The notes below the pieces were generated by a model, which was not told the DNA's origin, did not search any database, and was given only the letters and a program-made list of their open reading frames with translations. DNA of 34,038 bases from an uncultured virus (IMG/VR IMGVR_UViG_3300031722_000014) (taxonomy: Duplodnaviria > Heunggongvirae > Uroviricota > Caudoviricetes), in the IMG/VR virus record IMGVR_UViG_3300031722_000014. One strand, given 5' to 3'. Below are positions 1 to 10,307 of this stretch, piece by piece. The translations under genes and the position numbers were made by a program. The stretch's first letter is position 1, and each line of letters opens with the position of its first letter.

Positions 1-355
1 CTTCGTTTATTAATACATAGTCCGTATTCTGTCTTATATCTGTAAGTCCGTTAGATACTCTTTTGTGATTTCTCAAGAATAAGTATTGTAACTCATCCCA
101 AGGTATTTCAGTATTTAGTATTAACTCTTTGTTTGTAATTTTAACAGCGAACGTGATCCAATATTTGCTCCATGGAGCTAATGTGTCTTTATCTAATCCT
201 AATAGTTTCTCCAATCTGGCTGCATCTTCTTCTGTTAGACCAGTATGCCTGTTTCCAGATCTAGTTAACATAGGTGCAAGATAGTCAAAACAATTTTTAT
301 ATTTTGTTACTCCCGACCAGGAGTCTTTTTTCTTATGACGTAATATTACTTTCAT
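1..355 (-). CDS. Crassvirus protein immediately downstream of the major capsid gene (runs off the window edge)
   Basis: ATG at 355 opens MKVILRHKKKDSWSGVTKYKNCFDYLAPMLTRSGNRHTGLTEEDAARLEK... with no stop before base 1. Position after the MCP matches the crAss-like capsid module. Confidence 0.8.
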   Translation of the reverse strand, partial: MKVILRHKKKDSWSGVTKYKNCFDYLAPMLTRSGNRHTGLTEEDAARLEKLLGLDKDTLAPWSKYWITFAVKITNKELILNTEIPWDELQYLFLRNHKRVSNGLTDIRQNTDYVLINE

Positions 356-421
356 AGTTTTATAGTATTTATTTTCATTTATTTAATAAGTATAATGAAA
401 CACTCGTTGGCATGATTGCCA

Positions 422-462
422 GAAAAATAGGTATATGCCCCAGAACCAACCAGGGCATATAG
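422..462 (-). terminator. Intrinsic terminator or attenuator after the major capsid gene
   Basis: Stem TATATGCCC (432-440) / GGGCATATA (453-461), followed on the minus strand by CCTATTTTTCT. Confidence 0.65.
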
Positions 463-467
463 TTTTG

Positions 468-1946
468 TTAGTCTTCAAGATCCATGATCAACTCACCACA
501 AGCACGTGGGTCGCGAACCATGATACCTACTTCGCCTAAGAAGTGTACTGAATAACCATCTTTTGCATTTGAACGCAAAGTGTTAACAGAAGAAGCATAT
601 CCTGCGCCAGGAGCTACAGAACCAGCATTATGCCAAATTGACAATTCGCGGCCTTTTCTAGCTACTTTAACAATGTTAGCTTCACCATCTCTTGTACCGA
701 AGTCTAAGAAGGTAAATCTGTAAGATTCAAGTGGTTTACCAGTGATTGGGTGTGTTTGACGGTTAGACACGATATCATCATACAATGGCATGTGTTTAAC
801 AGTTAATTCAATACCATTAGTCATTCTATAGGTAATGAACTGTCCACCTAATACTAATTCTTGACCAGAACCTGTAATAAATTTACTATCAACTAAAGTA
901 AATGCAGATACTTTTTCTTTCAATAATCTATCGAATTCTCTCATACCCATTTCGCCGGTGAAAGCAACAAACTTACGTTCGTTAGTTCCCAACATATTGT
1001 ATGATAAATCAAATAAGAAATCTTCCAGCAATTCTGCGGTTAATTCAGTATAATATCTACGATTTGAAGGTGCAATTTGCTGTAACAGACCTGCTCCAAT
1101 ATAAACTGGACGACCGTTAGTACCCATTAAATCGGTAGTACCATCAGCATTTGCATTATATTTCGAATATACCAATTGTCTTTCAAGACGTTTGTACCAT
1201 TCTCTCATAGCTTTCCATTCTTGGAAGTCAGACCATAAATAAGAAGTTTTTCCTGTTTTAGGATCTTTCAAAGCAATTGCCAATACTGTACTGTAAGCAG
1301 AACCAGTAATATCATAAGACAAACGAACGGTTGTCAAGTGATTGTGCAATTTGATATGAGTGTTATAGTTTATGATATCAGCTTCTTCAGAATATTCTTC
1401 ATAAGCAGAACCTAAACGAGATACTTGAGTTCCTGGCAATAAGTATTGATAAGGAACGAAAGAACTTGCTTGACCATCAGCCAAGAAGCAGGTATAAACC
1501 CATTCGTTACCATCTTGATACGGTGCGCCAGCAACACGTAATTGATATTCTTTGTTGTCTAATTCCAAGATTGCTCCAGGACCAAACCATTTATCTTCCA
1601 ACCATAACATGATTGGTGTATTTCCAACGCCAGCAGAGGTAGTGCTCGAAGAAACTTCTGAGCCATTCCATTTTGCAGAACGAATTGCTACAGCGCGATC
1701 TGAGTCGATCATTACTGACCATCTGAATTCGCGTTGATCGATTGTCATAGTTTTTCCAAGACCACCGGTTAAGAAGTCTAAAGAAGAGCTATAACCACTA
1801 TCTTTTGTACCGAATACATAAGATATTACGCTAGATACTTCATGCGGTTTAGTTAACAGCGCATTCGATAACATATTTTCGTCAACAAGATCAGAAAAGA
1901 TTTTACCTTTGTATAGTTGTAGGTTATTTAAAATTCCATTATCCAT
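468..1946 (-). CDS. Major capsid protein (crAss-like)
   Basis: 492 aa with crAss-type MCP features (RLGSAYEEYSEEA, TTVRLSYDITGSA, C-terminal DGYSVHFLGEVGIMVRDPRACGEL). Gene order is TerL-portal-scaffold-MCP. Confidence 0.92.
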   Translation of the reverse strand: MDNGILNNLQLYKGKIFSDLVDENMLSNALLTKPHEVSSVISYVFGTKDSGYSSSLDFLTGGLGKTMTIDQREFRWSVMIDSDRAVAIRSAKWNGSEVSSSTTSAGVGNTPIMLWLEDKWFGPGAILELDNKEYQLRVAGAPYQDGNEWVYTCFLADGQASSFVPYQYLLPGTQVSRLGSAYEEYSEEADIINYNTHIKLHNHLTTVRLSYDITGSAYSTVLAIALKDPKTGKTSYLWSDFQEWKAMREWYKRLERQLVYSKYNANADGTTDLMGTNGRPVYIGAGLLQQIAPSNRRYYTELTAELLEDFLFDLSYNMLGTNERKFVAFTGEMGMREFDRLLKEKVSAFTLVDSKFITGSGQELVLGGQFITYRMTNGIELTVKHMPLYDDIVSNRQTHPITGKPLESYRFTFLDFGTRDGEANIVKVARKGRELSIWHNAGSVAPGAGYASSVNTLRSNAKDGYSVHFLGEVGIMVRDPRACGELIMDLED

Positions 1947-1972
1947 ATATAAAACTTAGTTTCATTTAATTA

Positions 1973-3112
1973 TTATTGGGGTCTTCGTAGTAGTTGTGAA
2001 GAAGCTACAGACCATAGCGGTGTTGGAGACCCATTATTTATTTTTGATTTTGAACCACCTACTTTGTTTGAATTTAATGTTCTTCTGAGTTTTTCAGTTG
2101 CATTGGTTTCCCCATCCTTCCTTGCATTATCAATTAAGACATCGCCTTTCATTGTAAAATATGCTGACTCAATAAGATTCTTGGTTTTAGATGCGTAGTC
2201 TTTTTGATATTTCGTACGACCATCGTTATCAACCTTGAATATATATTCCATCAAAGCTTGCTTATCCTGCTTTGGTATTTTAATACCACGTACGTCTGTA
2301 AGTGCTTCTATTTCTCCAACAACGTTGTTGTAAAAATTTTGTTGTGCTTGCAACGTTTCGACCTGTGAATTTTTCTGTGCTTCTAATAGCGCTTCCTTCT
2401 TTTTGACTACATCCACTTTTAAATATTCTAATGCATCAGAAGCTTCATCTTCTAATAAGTCTGCATCTTCATATTTTTCTAGCTTTCTCTGTATTTGAGC
2501 CTCAGTAAATCCTTTATCAAGTAAGAAATCATGTAATACCACTCTCTGCGTTCTTTCGTCGGAGATATCAATATTATCATAATCTATTACTCCACCTAAG
2601 TAATCAAAATAGTCTTCTATCTTTCCACCAGACTTCACAAACTCATCTATCTTAGCTACATCGTCACTTGCGTACTCTGGTTTGCTGTTAGATTCTACTA
2701 CGGACTTCATGTATCCTACCAAGTCCTCTACGGTCTTAGGTTTTTCGTCCTCAGGAACATCAGTCCATCCTACTGATTCTGCAATGGCATCAAAGAATGC
2801 AACTACTTGTTCGGATGGTTCATCATCCATATTAGCGGCGTCATCTACAGCATTACTGTTGTCATCGGATTTATCATTATCGTTTTTTGCAGGAGGTTCT
2901 GAATCTACATCATTGTCTAACTTAGATTTGTCAATATTGTCGTCATCTTCTACAGGATCAACGTTGATATTAAATGGATTGTACTCTGTATCGTGTGCAT
3001 CATATGGATCGTCCATAACTTCCACATCTTTCAGTGTACTAAGGTCATTCGCGCCTACTTGGTCAAATATGGCTGAGAATCCTCCCAATATATCATTATC
3101 TTTTTCTTTCAT
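1973..3112 (-). CDS. Acidic capsid-module protein, putative scaffolding protein
   Basis: 379 aa, D/E-rich disordered N-terminus and helical/coiled C-terminus, located between portal and MCP. Confidence 0.7.
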   Translation of the reverse strand: MKEKDNDILGGFSAIFDQVGANDLSTLKDVEVMDDPYDAHDTEYNPFNINVDPVEDDDNIDKSKLDNDVDSEPPAKNDNDKSDDNSNAVDDAANMDDEPSEQVVAFFDAIAESVGWTDVPEDEKPKTVEDLVGYMKSVVESNSKPEYASDDVAKIDEFVKSGGKIEDYFDYLGGVIDYDNIDISDERTQRVVLHDFLLDKGFTEAQIQRKLEKYEDADLLEDEASDALEYLKVDVVKKKEALLEAQKNSQVETLQAQQNFYNNVVGEIEALTDVRGIKIPKQDKQALMEYIFKVDNDGRTKYQKDYASKTKNLIESAYFTMKGDVLIDNARKDGETNATEKLRRTLNSNKVGGSKSKINNGSPTPLWSVASSQLLRRPQ

Positions 3113-3190
3113 AATTATTTATTATAATTGTATTTTTATTTTTTTCTAGTTATAGTCATATTTTTTATATCAGATACATCGTATTTGATA

Positions 3191-3919
3191 TTAGTTGGCT
3201 GCATATAACTTAGTATTTATTGGTTTCACTAATCTAACCGGGCTTAAATTCTCATAGTATTTATCATAATCCTCTTTGGCCGCTTCTACATTATCAGAAA
3301 CATATTTATTGGCCTTTAGATTATTCATAATATTAACTACTCTTTTACCATATAATGGAGTTTTCTTAAAATCTATTCCTTCATCTGGAATTGGAACTCC
3401 ATATATGCTAGTTGCTCCATTCAGATCGTAATGTCCTTTCTTTATCTTTCCATATCCATTAAATGCCTGTATCTGATATTCTGGAGTATCTGGTAGCCCT
3501 AATTTCTTAACCATTTGCCTACCATAGTCTAACTTCTCTTTAATAATCGGAACTCCGTCGTCTATACCTGCTGCGGGCCTTCCATAATCATTTGGATTCA
3601 AATGAAAGTATGCTCCAGGATTACCTTTCTTTCCTATCTGCCCATCTCCAGTCTTGCCAGATACATCACCAGTCTCGGCATCAGATATAGCGTGTGCCAT
3701 ATAAGGATCTACATTGGTTTTATATGACTTTAATGCCATTTTGTATGTAGGACTGTTCTTATCAACAGACTTAGTTACTACTCCTTCTGGAGTTTTAATT
3801 CCAATAGTCTCTCTAACGAACTGAGGTATTTTAGATATATCAGCAGCCTTTTGAGCAGGCGCAGTTGCCGCTTTCTTTATTTCTGGACTAAACCAGTAAT
3901 TATAATTTTCGTTTGGCAT
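3191..3919 (-). CDS. Putative lysozyme-fold / soluble lytic transglycosylase-like protein
   Basis: Likely start MPNENY at 3919. Motifs NVDPYMAHAISDAETG (catalytic Glu), QAFNGYG (AYNxG-like) and YGKRV resemble SLT motifs. Confidence 0.55.
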   Translation of the reverse strand: MPNENYNYWFSPEIKKAATAPAQKAADISKIPQFVRETIGIKTPEGVVTKSVDKNSPTYKMALKSYKTNVDPYMAHAISDAETGDVSGKTGDGQIGKKGNPGAYFHLNPNDYGRPAAGIDDGVPIIKEKLDYGRQMVKKLGLPDTPEYQIQAFNGYGKIKKGHYDLNGATSIYGVPIPDEGIDFKKTPLYGKRVVNIMNNLKANKYVSDNVEAAKEDYDKYYENLSPVRLVKPINTKLYAAN

Positions 3920-3998
3920 ATTATATATAATTGTATTTATGGTCATCTGTATTTGATATACAAACAACATCATAAATAGTATATTTAACTTATATTTA

Positions 3999-6554
3999 TT
4001 ACTTCTGTCCGACCACTTTGTTCTTCAGTGCGGTTTTTGCTTTAATTTGCTCGCGAGCCATTGCAGCTTTGTCTTTAATAACTTGAAGGTCCTTTTCATG
4101 TTTCATTCGTTTTTCTTCAAGGGCCATCTTATCTTTTTCTAATGACACTTTCTTATTTTCAATATCAACTTGATTCTTTAACTTCTTATGTTCTACATCC
4201 ATTTTCATAGATGCTTCTCTTTCTTTCTGAGACGCTTGCATTTCCTTATCCATGATTCCAGCCTCCATCTGAGTACGCTTAATACCCATATCTGCTATCT
4301 CCATTGGATCTGGTATACCATTATTATTTTGGTCTAAAGTCTGTTGAAGTTTGTAAACATCAATCTCAGCAACTGTAATTCTAGTCTGATTATCAGTATC
4401 AATCTTATATTTAGTCATTTCTAGCTCCTGTTGTTTCATTGCAATCTCTTGCTGTTTAACTTCATTCTGTGCTTGAATTAACTGCATTTGTCTTTGATTT
4501 TCTTGATCGGCAGCTTGTTGATTCTGTTCAGTTCTCTTCTGTTCTATAGATCCCAATCTTAATTTAATTGCAGATAAGTTATCTAATGTCATGATCTCAG
4601 CGATATCCAACAACGAAGCTCCATTCTGCATTGCAGGTTGATAAAGACTTTTAACTGTTTCAAGATTCTGATTTTCTTTACTAGAGTCAGATACAAATAT
4701 GTCGAAATCCTCGTAAAAGAAATTCTCGGCTAATGTCAAGAACGTTCTAGTAGAATCGTCTAATATGTATTGTAATTTAGTTTTCTTTGAATCTCTCCAT
4801 GCTTCTTTGGCTGTATTCAATAACATAGTCATTACATTTCTCTTGCACTGATTGTGCATCCAGAATAATGGCTCTGTTATATGACTAGATTGAGTAGTAG
4901 CTCTTTGTACATTTCCTACAAGTTCGCTAGTAGATATTTCTCCTTGTCTTTGTCTAGACACGCCAGAAATCTCTCCAATCATATCTTCGATCTTAGACAT
5001 AAGATTAATATACTGATCAATTACATTAGCCATAGTTAAATCCAATGCGCTTACCTGGTTAAATTGAGCAGGTTTACCACCTTCACGACCAGGAATATCC
5101 CATCCTTCTTCGTATGGATTAATGAAGTTTACACCTACCGCAGACAGATAATGCATCCATTTAGCAGCGTCAATGTTCATAGATTTAGGAATCTGCGTAA
5201 TATCCATTGTTATTACTTTACCTTTATCTCTAGCTAATGCCAATTCTAAACGATACCATATAATGATATACATATATTGCAATGGTTTCATTATAGATAC
5301 CAATGACTTAGAAGTAGAGTTAGAGTTATTATAGATAACACCTACATATGGTAATTTCTGTGAGTTAAGATTATCAGCGGATACGTGTTGATATTCTAAT
5401 GGTTGAATTCCTACATATAAGTCTTCTCCAATTCTATATCCTTCCCATACCTCAATAATCCATTTCCATTCTACAGAGATCTCATTTCCAATCTTCATAT
5501 AATCTTCGCTAACGATAGTTTGTTGAACTTGTCCAGCCTCATCAAACATTGTTACGAATCCTATCTTCTTATATGATTTCCATACAGCATGCCATAAGTT
5601 GATCTGATGATCATTATTAAAGTCATTGCTATTGCTAGTAATAGTCTTGAATTCATAGTGATTATAGTCTAATGCCCCAGTCTTTAAATCATTTCCATAT
5701 CTACCTGTAACTGGATTTTCTCCACCTAATTCAAGCAGTTTATTAAGATCTGACTCTTCCATTTTATCGAATAGTCTATCATATACTTCAGTATAAGACA
5801 TCCTCATTCGTCTACATGCCCAGTCTCCGTCTTCAATGAATTCAATATCAGGAGATGTGTCATGTGAAAAGTACATAGGATTTACTCTTTCTGCATTAGG
5901 TTCTCCATTAAGTATACCTACATAGTATAGTTCCTTGCCAGAGATAAGGCCATCCTTGAATCCTTTATGAAACTCATGTGGTAGATTTAATTGCTCTTTC
6001 AGATAAGCTAATGTATGGTAAGCAGAACTTTCTGCGATATCCTTATAGGATTGACCCATATACTTGCTAATCTTATCAGGTGGCATAATCTCTCCACTCT
6101 GTAGTTTCTGTTGAAATTCTTGTGCTCCTTCTTGAGACATACCCGCCATTAACTCTGCCATAGTATAGTCTATAAGCATCTGTTTTGACTTATCCTGTAT
6201 ATCGGAAGCTGCGTCCTGACTAGTTCTTATTACTCTAAAGCTAAATGGGTATTTAGTCTCTTCTCCAAGTAATAAATCAATTTTCGGTTTAATTATATTG
6301 AAATTCTGTGGACTTGCTGGAAATCCGTCATCTTGTTTAAATGGATCTGTTACATACTTAAGATCTTTCTCGTTGAAGATACTATTATACAAATCGTATA
6401 ATGTTTGCATCTCTTCGAATCCTGTATGCTCCTGTCCATTAGGAACGGTTTCCCCCATTCCAATAATGTAGTCTACGCACTGTTCTCTCCATTCTTTATC
6501 TTTCTTATTGATTGGTAGTTTTTGTGCTGGAAACATCGTTGTGTTATATTTCAT
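3999..6554 (-). CDS. Portal protein (crAss-like)
   Basis: 851 aa; NFNIIKPKIDLLLGEE motif, ISGVSRQRQG motif, long Q/E/K coiled-coil C-terminus; directly downstream of TerL. Confidence 0.92.
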   Translation of the reverse strand: MKYNTTMFPAQKLPINKKDKEWREQCVDYIIGMGETVPNGQEHTGFEEMQTLYDLYNSIFNEKDLKYVTDPFKQDDGFPASPQNFNIIKPKIDLLLGEETKYPFSFRVIRTSQDAASDIQDKSKQMLIDYTMAELMAGMSQEGAQEFQQKLQSGEIMPPDKISKYMGQSYKDIAESSAYHTLAYLKEQLNLPHEFHKGFKDGLISGKELYYVGILNGEPNAERVNPMYFSHDTSPDIEFIEDGDWACRRMRMSYTEVYDRLFDKMEESDLNKLLELGGENPVTGRYGNDLKTGALDYNHYEFKTITSNSNDFNNDHQINLWHAVWKSYKKIGFVTMFDEAGQVQQTIVSEDYMKIGNEISVEWKWIIEVWEGYRIGEDLYVGIQPLEYQHVSADNLNSQKLPYVGVIYNNSNSTSKSLVSIMKPLQYMYIIIWYRLELALARDKGKVITMDITQIPKSMNIDAAKWMHYLSAVGVNFINPYEEGWDIPGREGGKPAQFNQVSALDLTMANVIDQYINLMSKIEDMIGEISGVSRQRQGEISTSELVGNVQRATTQSSHITEPLFWMHNQCKRNVMTMLLNTAKEAWRDSKKTKLQYILDDSTRTFLTLAENFFYEDFDIFVSDSSKENQNLETVKSLYQPAMQNGASLLDIAEIMTLDNLSAIKLRLGSIEQKRTEQNQQAADQENQRQMQLIQAQNEVKQQEIAMKQQELEMTKYKIDTDNQTRITVAEIDVYKLQQTLDQNNNGIPDPMEIADMGIKRTQMEAGIMDKEMQASQKEREASMKMDVEHKKLKNQVDIENKKVSLEKDKMALEEKRMKHEKDLQVIKDKAAMAREQIKAKTALKNKVVGQK

Positions 6555-6570
6555 AAAGCGCTTTAAAATT

Positions 6571-8625
6571 TTATATTATTTCTTCAAAATAACTATTGCT
6601 GCTACTTCCTGTTGTTTCGAACCAAGCTCTGGAAAACAGCGGCATATCAAACAGATCCTTTTTCTTTTCGTATCTTTCTTTCTGCTTAACATGCGTATTG
6701 TGTAATTGCTGACGATAAATCATCAGACATTGTAATGCTCTAACGCGGTCAAAGTTTCCTTTGTCATTATACTGTATAAGTTCCTCTAATAGAGGTTCTG
6801 ACAATATCCTAGTTAAGTTCTTTTTGCCTGGAGCATATTCTTCATTTAACCACTCCTTGATTAGACCTTCCGAATAGTCTATAATTTGAGTAGTCATGTG
6901 TATTCCTTTTCTTCTCTGTACTGTAGATTTGCCTATGATATCACTAATAATATCTGGTTGATCTGCCAGTAAGTAGTCGGAATGCTTTTGTGTAAAGTAA
7001 GGAAATATACCCTTCCTTTCATTTTCATATAGTAATCTAGCATTATAATACATTAATAGATTACGTACATTTTCATAATAATCCTCTGCCGTGTCTGGTC
7101 TACCCGTATACTCAGCAACTAATATATCATAATACTCTTCAAAGTTCTGAAATCTCTTGTATATAAATGTAGCTCCTAAGGAATTAGTTCCTGCCTTATC
7201 ATGATCATAAGGGTCACATCCTGCTATATATAACTGTCCTGAAGTATCCTTATTAGGATGCTCCCATATAACTATAGATCCTTCTGTTTTGTCGTCCCTT
7301 CCGAGTGGATACTTAGTAATATCTCCTTTCTGCTTAACGGTCCAATGTAACTCTCCATTAATCCATGATAGATCACCAACTTGTTTGTGTGATTGTAGTT
7401 TCTTATTAGTTCTAATAGATGCTAATTGATTCATCAGATCCTTCTTTGGAAATATATTACCAGTAAGTTCTAATACAGCCTCCTGTGGAGTGATTGGATT
7501 TTCAGCAATATACCTATCAATTGCTCTTGAATCAGAAGATCCGTCTATTACCTTTTGTCTCTCTTGTATTGCATACTCTATAGCTTTCTCTTTAAATGTA
7601 TTACCATTATGGTCCATATAAAGTCTTTTGCTATACATATCTAATACAGACATATTAGCATATACAGGAACAAAGAATCCGCATTCACTAGCCGAGGCGC
7701 CATCATCCCATATGTTTGAGAATGATTTTACGTTATACCCAGATGGATTATAGAACAATTCTTTAAGCCCATCGAACTTACTTGCACTATCACCACCGGT
7801 ACCAAAACAACACATAAGACCGAATGCTACTCCATCTTCCTCTACGGAAGGTCTAGCTATCTGCCACGCCTGAAGGATATCTTTAAACGATCCACCTTCT
7901 TCCCACAATATAAGCTTACCACGCTTACCACGAGCCTTATTGGGATCATTCTTAAGTGTTACTCCAATAATCTCAGATTTATATCCAATTTCTATCTTAT
8001 TACCCATTTCATCGGTAGTAAGAATAGAAGCACGTCTATGCATCTTAGTATTAACTGCTTGACGTTTCTTTGCCCATGCAGTATGTTCGTCCATGAAGTC
8101 CATAATATCCCAGGCCTTAGTTAAAAGACCATCACGTACTAAATATTCTGTCTCAGAGGCTATAGCGTACGATTTAGAGCCCGGTATGAGATAATAATTC
8201 CTACAGAGCATAGAACTACCCTTAAAAGAATAACCCTTACCACGAGCCTTTAAAGTGACCATATGCTTACCTTCATCCTCAGCCTCCTGAACACCTAAGA
8301 AGTAATAATAATCGTAGTCGTAGAAATCTGGGAACTCCCTTACTTTCTCTCTACGTTTCTTTATTTTCCCGTGCTTGTCCTTATAATCAAACTCAACAAG
8401 TCTTAGAATTGGACAGTAATTTAAATAGAAATAGTTATATCCACTAATCCAATCTCCATCTTCTGCGGTATATCCATCAGTACATCTAGACTCCTCTGTC
8501 TCCCAGTATTTGAGATATTCCGTAGTGCCACTCGGTGCAAAACAGTAAACCCCGTGCTGCTGGTAGTGCATGCACGGGGCTCGAAATTTATCAGAATTTA
8601 AAATCTTCTTACTAAAATCGATCAT
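6571..8625 (-). CDS. terL: Terminase large subunit
   Basis: Walker A-like LKARGKGYS, Walker B LILWEEGG, coupling motif FGTGG, nuclease residues in IAGCDPYDHD and GNFDRV. Confidence 0.95.
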   Translation of the reverse strand: MIDFSKKILNSDKFRAPCMHYQQHGVYCFAPSGTTEYLKYWETEESRCTDGYTAEDGDWISGYNYFYLNYCPILRLVEFDYKDKHGKIKKRREKVREFPDFYDYDYYYFLGVQEAEDEGKHMVTLKARGKGYSFKGSSMLCRNYYLIPGSKSYAIASETEYLVRDGLLTKAWDIMDFMDEHTAWAKKRQAVNTKMHRRASILTTDEMGNKIEIGYKSEIIGVTLKNDPNKARGKRGKLILWEEGGSFKDILQAWQIARPSVEEDGVAFGLMCCFGTGGDSASKFDGLKELFYNPSGYNVKSFSNIWDDGASASECGFFVPVYANMSVLDMYSKRLYMDHNGNTFKEKAIEYAIQERQKVIDGSSDSRAIDRYIAENPITPQEAVLELTGNIFPKKDLMNQLASIRTNKKLQSHKQVGDLSWINGELHWTVKQKGDITKYPLGRDDKTEGSIVIWEHPNKDTSGQLYIAGCDPYDHDKAGTNSLGATFIYKRFQNFEEYYDILVAEYTGRPDTAEDYYENVRNLLMYYNARLLYENERKGIFPYFTQKHSDYLLADQPDIISDIIGKSTVQRRKGIHMTTQIIDYSEGLIKEWLNEEYAPGKKNLTRILSEPLLEELIQYNDKGNFDRVRALQCLMIYRQQLHNTHVKQKERYEKKKDLFDMPLFSRAWFETTGSSSNSYFEEII

Positions 8626-8640
8626 ACTTTTTGTTTGTAA

Positions 8641-8910
8641 TTAGGCATTGTACCAAGCTACAAATTTATTCCATTGTCTTTGAAACCAATTTAATTTAGG
8701 TTTAATCGGAGTAAGAACTTCTTTCTCAACGGTTAATGAAATTTCTGCAACTGGAACTGCAAGAATTGTTGCTTTTGGTTTTTTATGGTAACGTTTCTTA
8801 TATGGTTTCTTTACCAAAGGTGCATCTGTAATTACAGGAGTTTCCTTAATTTCTATAGTAGGAGTCAATACTGATTTAGCAGACGCCTTAGTCATTGTTT
8901 CTTTATTCAT
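8641..8910 (-). CDS. Small basic hypothetical protein
   Basis: 89 aa ORF with KKPYKKRYHKKPK, directly below an AAC-N16-CGTT motif. Confidence 0.7.
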   Translation of the reverse strand: MNKETMTKASAKSVLTPTIEIKETPVITDAPLVKKPYKKRYHKKPKATILAVPVAEISLTVEKEVLTPIKPKLNWFQRQWNKFVAWYNA

Positions 8911-8932
8911 AATTTATTTATATGATTATAAT

Positions 8933-8962
8933 ATGTATAACGTTGTTATTTATCTATTGTTT
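8933..8962 (-). promoter_or_regulatory. ECF-type late promoter candidate 1
   Basis: Minus strand AAC-aatagataaataacaa(16 nt)-CGTTATAC, upstream of the 89 aa ORF and terL. Confidence 0.65.
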
Positions 8963-9140
8963 GATTTGTATGTTTCTTTATACAACCAGACTCAATTATC
9001 TGATCTAGTTTTTTAGAGATCTTGTATAGCCTATTTTCTAAATGGATAAACCATGAAAACAAAACTATTGATAAAAATGAGGACAATCCAATCATTGTCA
9101 GCATTATATTTAGACCATTATTTTCTAATATATATGTCAT
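8946..9140 (-). CDS. Small membrane protein
   Basis: 64 aa with one hydrophobic segment (IMLTMIGLSSFLSIVLFSWFI). Confidence 0.6.
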   Translation of the reverse strand: MTYILENNGLNIMLTMIGLSSFLSIVLFSWFIHLENRLYKISKKLDQIIESGCIKKHTNQTIDK

Positions 9141-9142
9141 AA

Positions 9143-9499
9143 TTAGTTACTTTGAACAGTTCCAGTATCATTACATTCTTTACCTAATATCTGGTCAGAG
9201 TTTTTATATTTTGCTCTTTCTTCATCTCTTTTTAATTCGTATACCTTATTAAATTCTACTAATTCTTTTGAATTAATAATAATAAAGTCTTTCTCTCCAT
9301 TGTATCCATACATTTTGCATACGATATCTCCTGCTACACAATTAACTATTTTAGATCCAAGGATTACTTCACATGGATATTCTACTAAGAACATATTATC
9401 AATTCTATTATTCATAGAAGCATGTTCTTTCAATTCTAATGTATCTGGATTAAATGCCAAGGCTACATATCCGTTTTCACTTAATATTAATTTATTCAT
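9143..9499 (-). CDS. Hypothetical protein
   Basis: 118 aa, tightly packed in the minus-strand operon. Confidence 0.7.
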   Translation of the reverse strand: MNKLILSENGYVALAFNPDTLELKEHASMNNRIDNMFLVEYPCEVILGSKIVNCVAGDIVCKMYGYNGEKDFIIINSKELVEFNKVYELKRDEERAKYKNSDQILGKECNDTGTVQSN

Positions 9500-9500
9500 T

Positions 9501-10034
9501 TTATAATATTGTTATCCAGCAACCTGGATTGTTTTTATCAACTGAATACCATTTGCCATCAATTTCCATTGGAAAGGGCAAGATGCAATCCATATTATCG
9601 TCCTCTATTATATCGAATGCCACTAGGAGGTCGAATACTATCTGGCATATATTATGGAAATCAAATCTAGCTTTTGTCTGCCTAACAAAGTGCAACCCAA
9701 TCTTTAGTGGTTCTTGGAACCCACGGACAGAGTCTTTCTCCTCGTAATATTCCTTTCTCGCTAAGCATATGAGTTGCTTGAGTTCCTCCACTGGGAATAA
9801 ACATGGTTTTGTTTTGTAATAAGTTACTTCCTTCCGTGAGGCTGAGTAGTGTTGAATTCCCATTTCCCTTAAGAATCTCGCTACTGTCTTTGAGTGGAAT
9901 ACCCCTTTGCTTGTCGCAATTTTGGAATTCTTCGAACTCGGGATATTGCCATGAAGGAATATCATAGAAGATTTCTGCCCACCATTTGGATTGTTGATAT
10001 TTTCTGTATTCTGTAGCATATTTCCATTCTTCAT
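9501..10034 (-). CDS. rusA: RusA-like Holliday junction resolvase
   Basis: GNIPSSKNS N-terminal motif, DFHNICQIVFDLL and IIEDDN acidic residues, C-terminal DKNNPGCWITI. The true start may be the later MIFL. Confidence 0.75.
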   Translation of the reverse strand: MKNGNMLQNTENINNPNGGQKSSMIFLHGNIPSSKNSKIATSKGVFHSKTVARFLREMGIQHYSASRKEVTYYKTKPCLFPVEELKQLICLARKEYYEEKDSVRGFQEPLKIGLHFVRQTKARFDFHNICQIVFDLLVAFDIIEDDNMDCILPFPMEIDGKWYSVDKNNPGCWITIL

Positions 10035-10036
10035 AA

Positions 10037-10306
10037 TTAATCCATAGGTTTTTCATAATGTGCTTTTTTGAAGTCTTCATAGCTCATCCATTTGTACTCT
10101 TTATTTTCTTCATTAAAGAATGCTATTACATATTCTCTATCTGTTAGTTCATAGTATTTAAAGCTATTAAACTTGTTAATATCTAACATATTTCCAAATG
10201 GATCCTTTTTAAGCAACTCATCAAATTCATCTTTTGATATATTATTATTCTCTATATGATTATCCTTTGTTAAATTTTCAAAAGAAACTCCTTTATATAA
10301 CTGCAT
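10037..10306 (-). CDS. Hypothetical protein
   Basis: 89 aa ORF abutting both neighbours. Confidence 0.7.
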   Translation of the reverse strand: MQLYKGVSFENLTKDNHIENNNISKDEFDELLKKDPFGNMLDINKFNSFKYYELTDREYVIAFFNEENKEYKWMSYEDFKKAHYEKPMD

Positions 10307-10307
10307 A

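Noticed and set aside
6571..8625. Intein or intron in TerL or portal
   Set aside because: No C/S...HN intein ends or LAGLIDADG motifs; the lengths are ordinary for crAss-like phages.
9682..10080. 132 aa ORF overlapping the RusA-like gene in another frame
   Set aside because: It overlaps two better-supported genes and has no recognisable motif; probably a shadow ORF.
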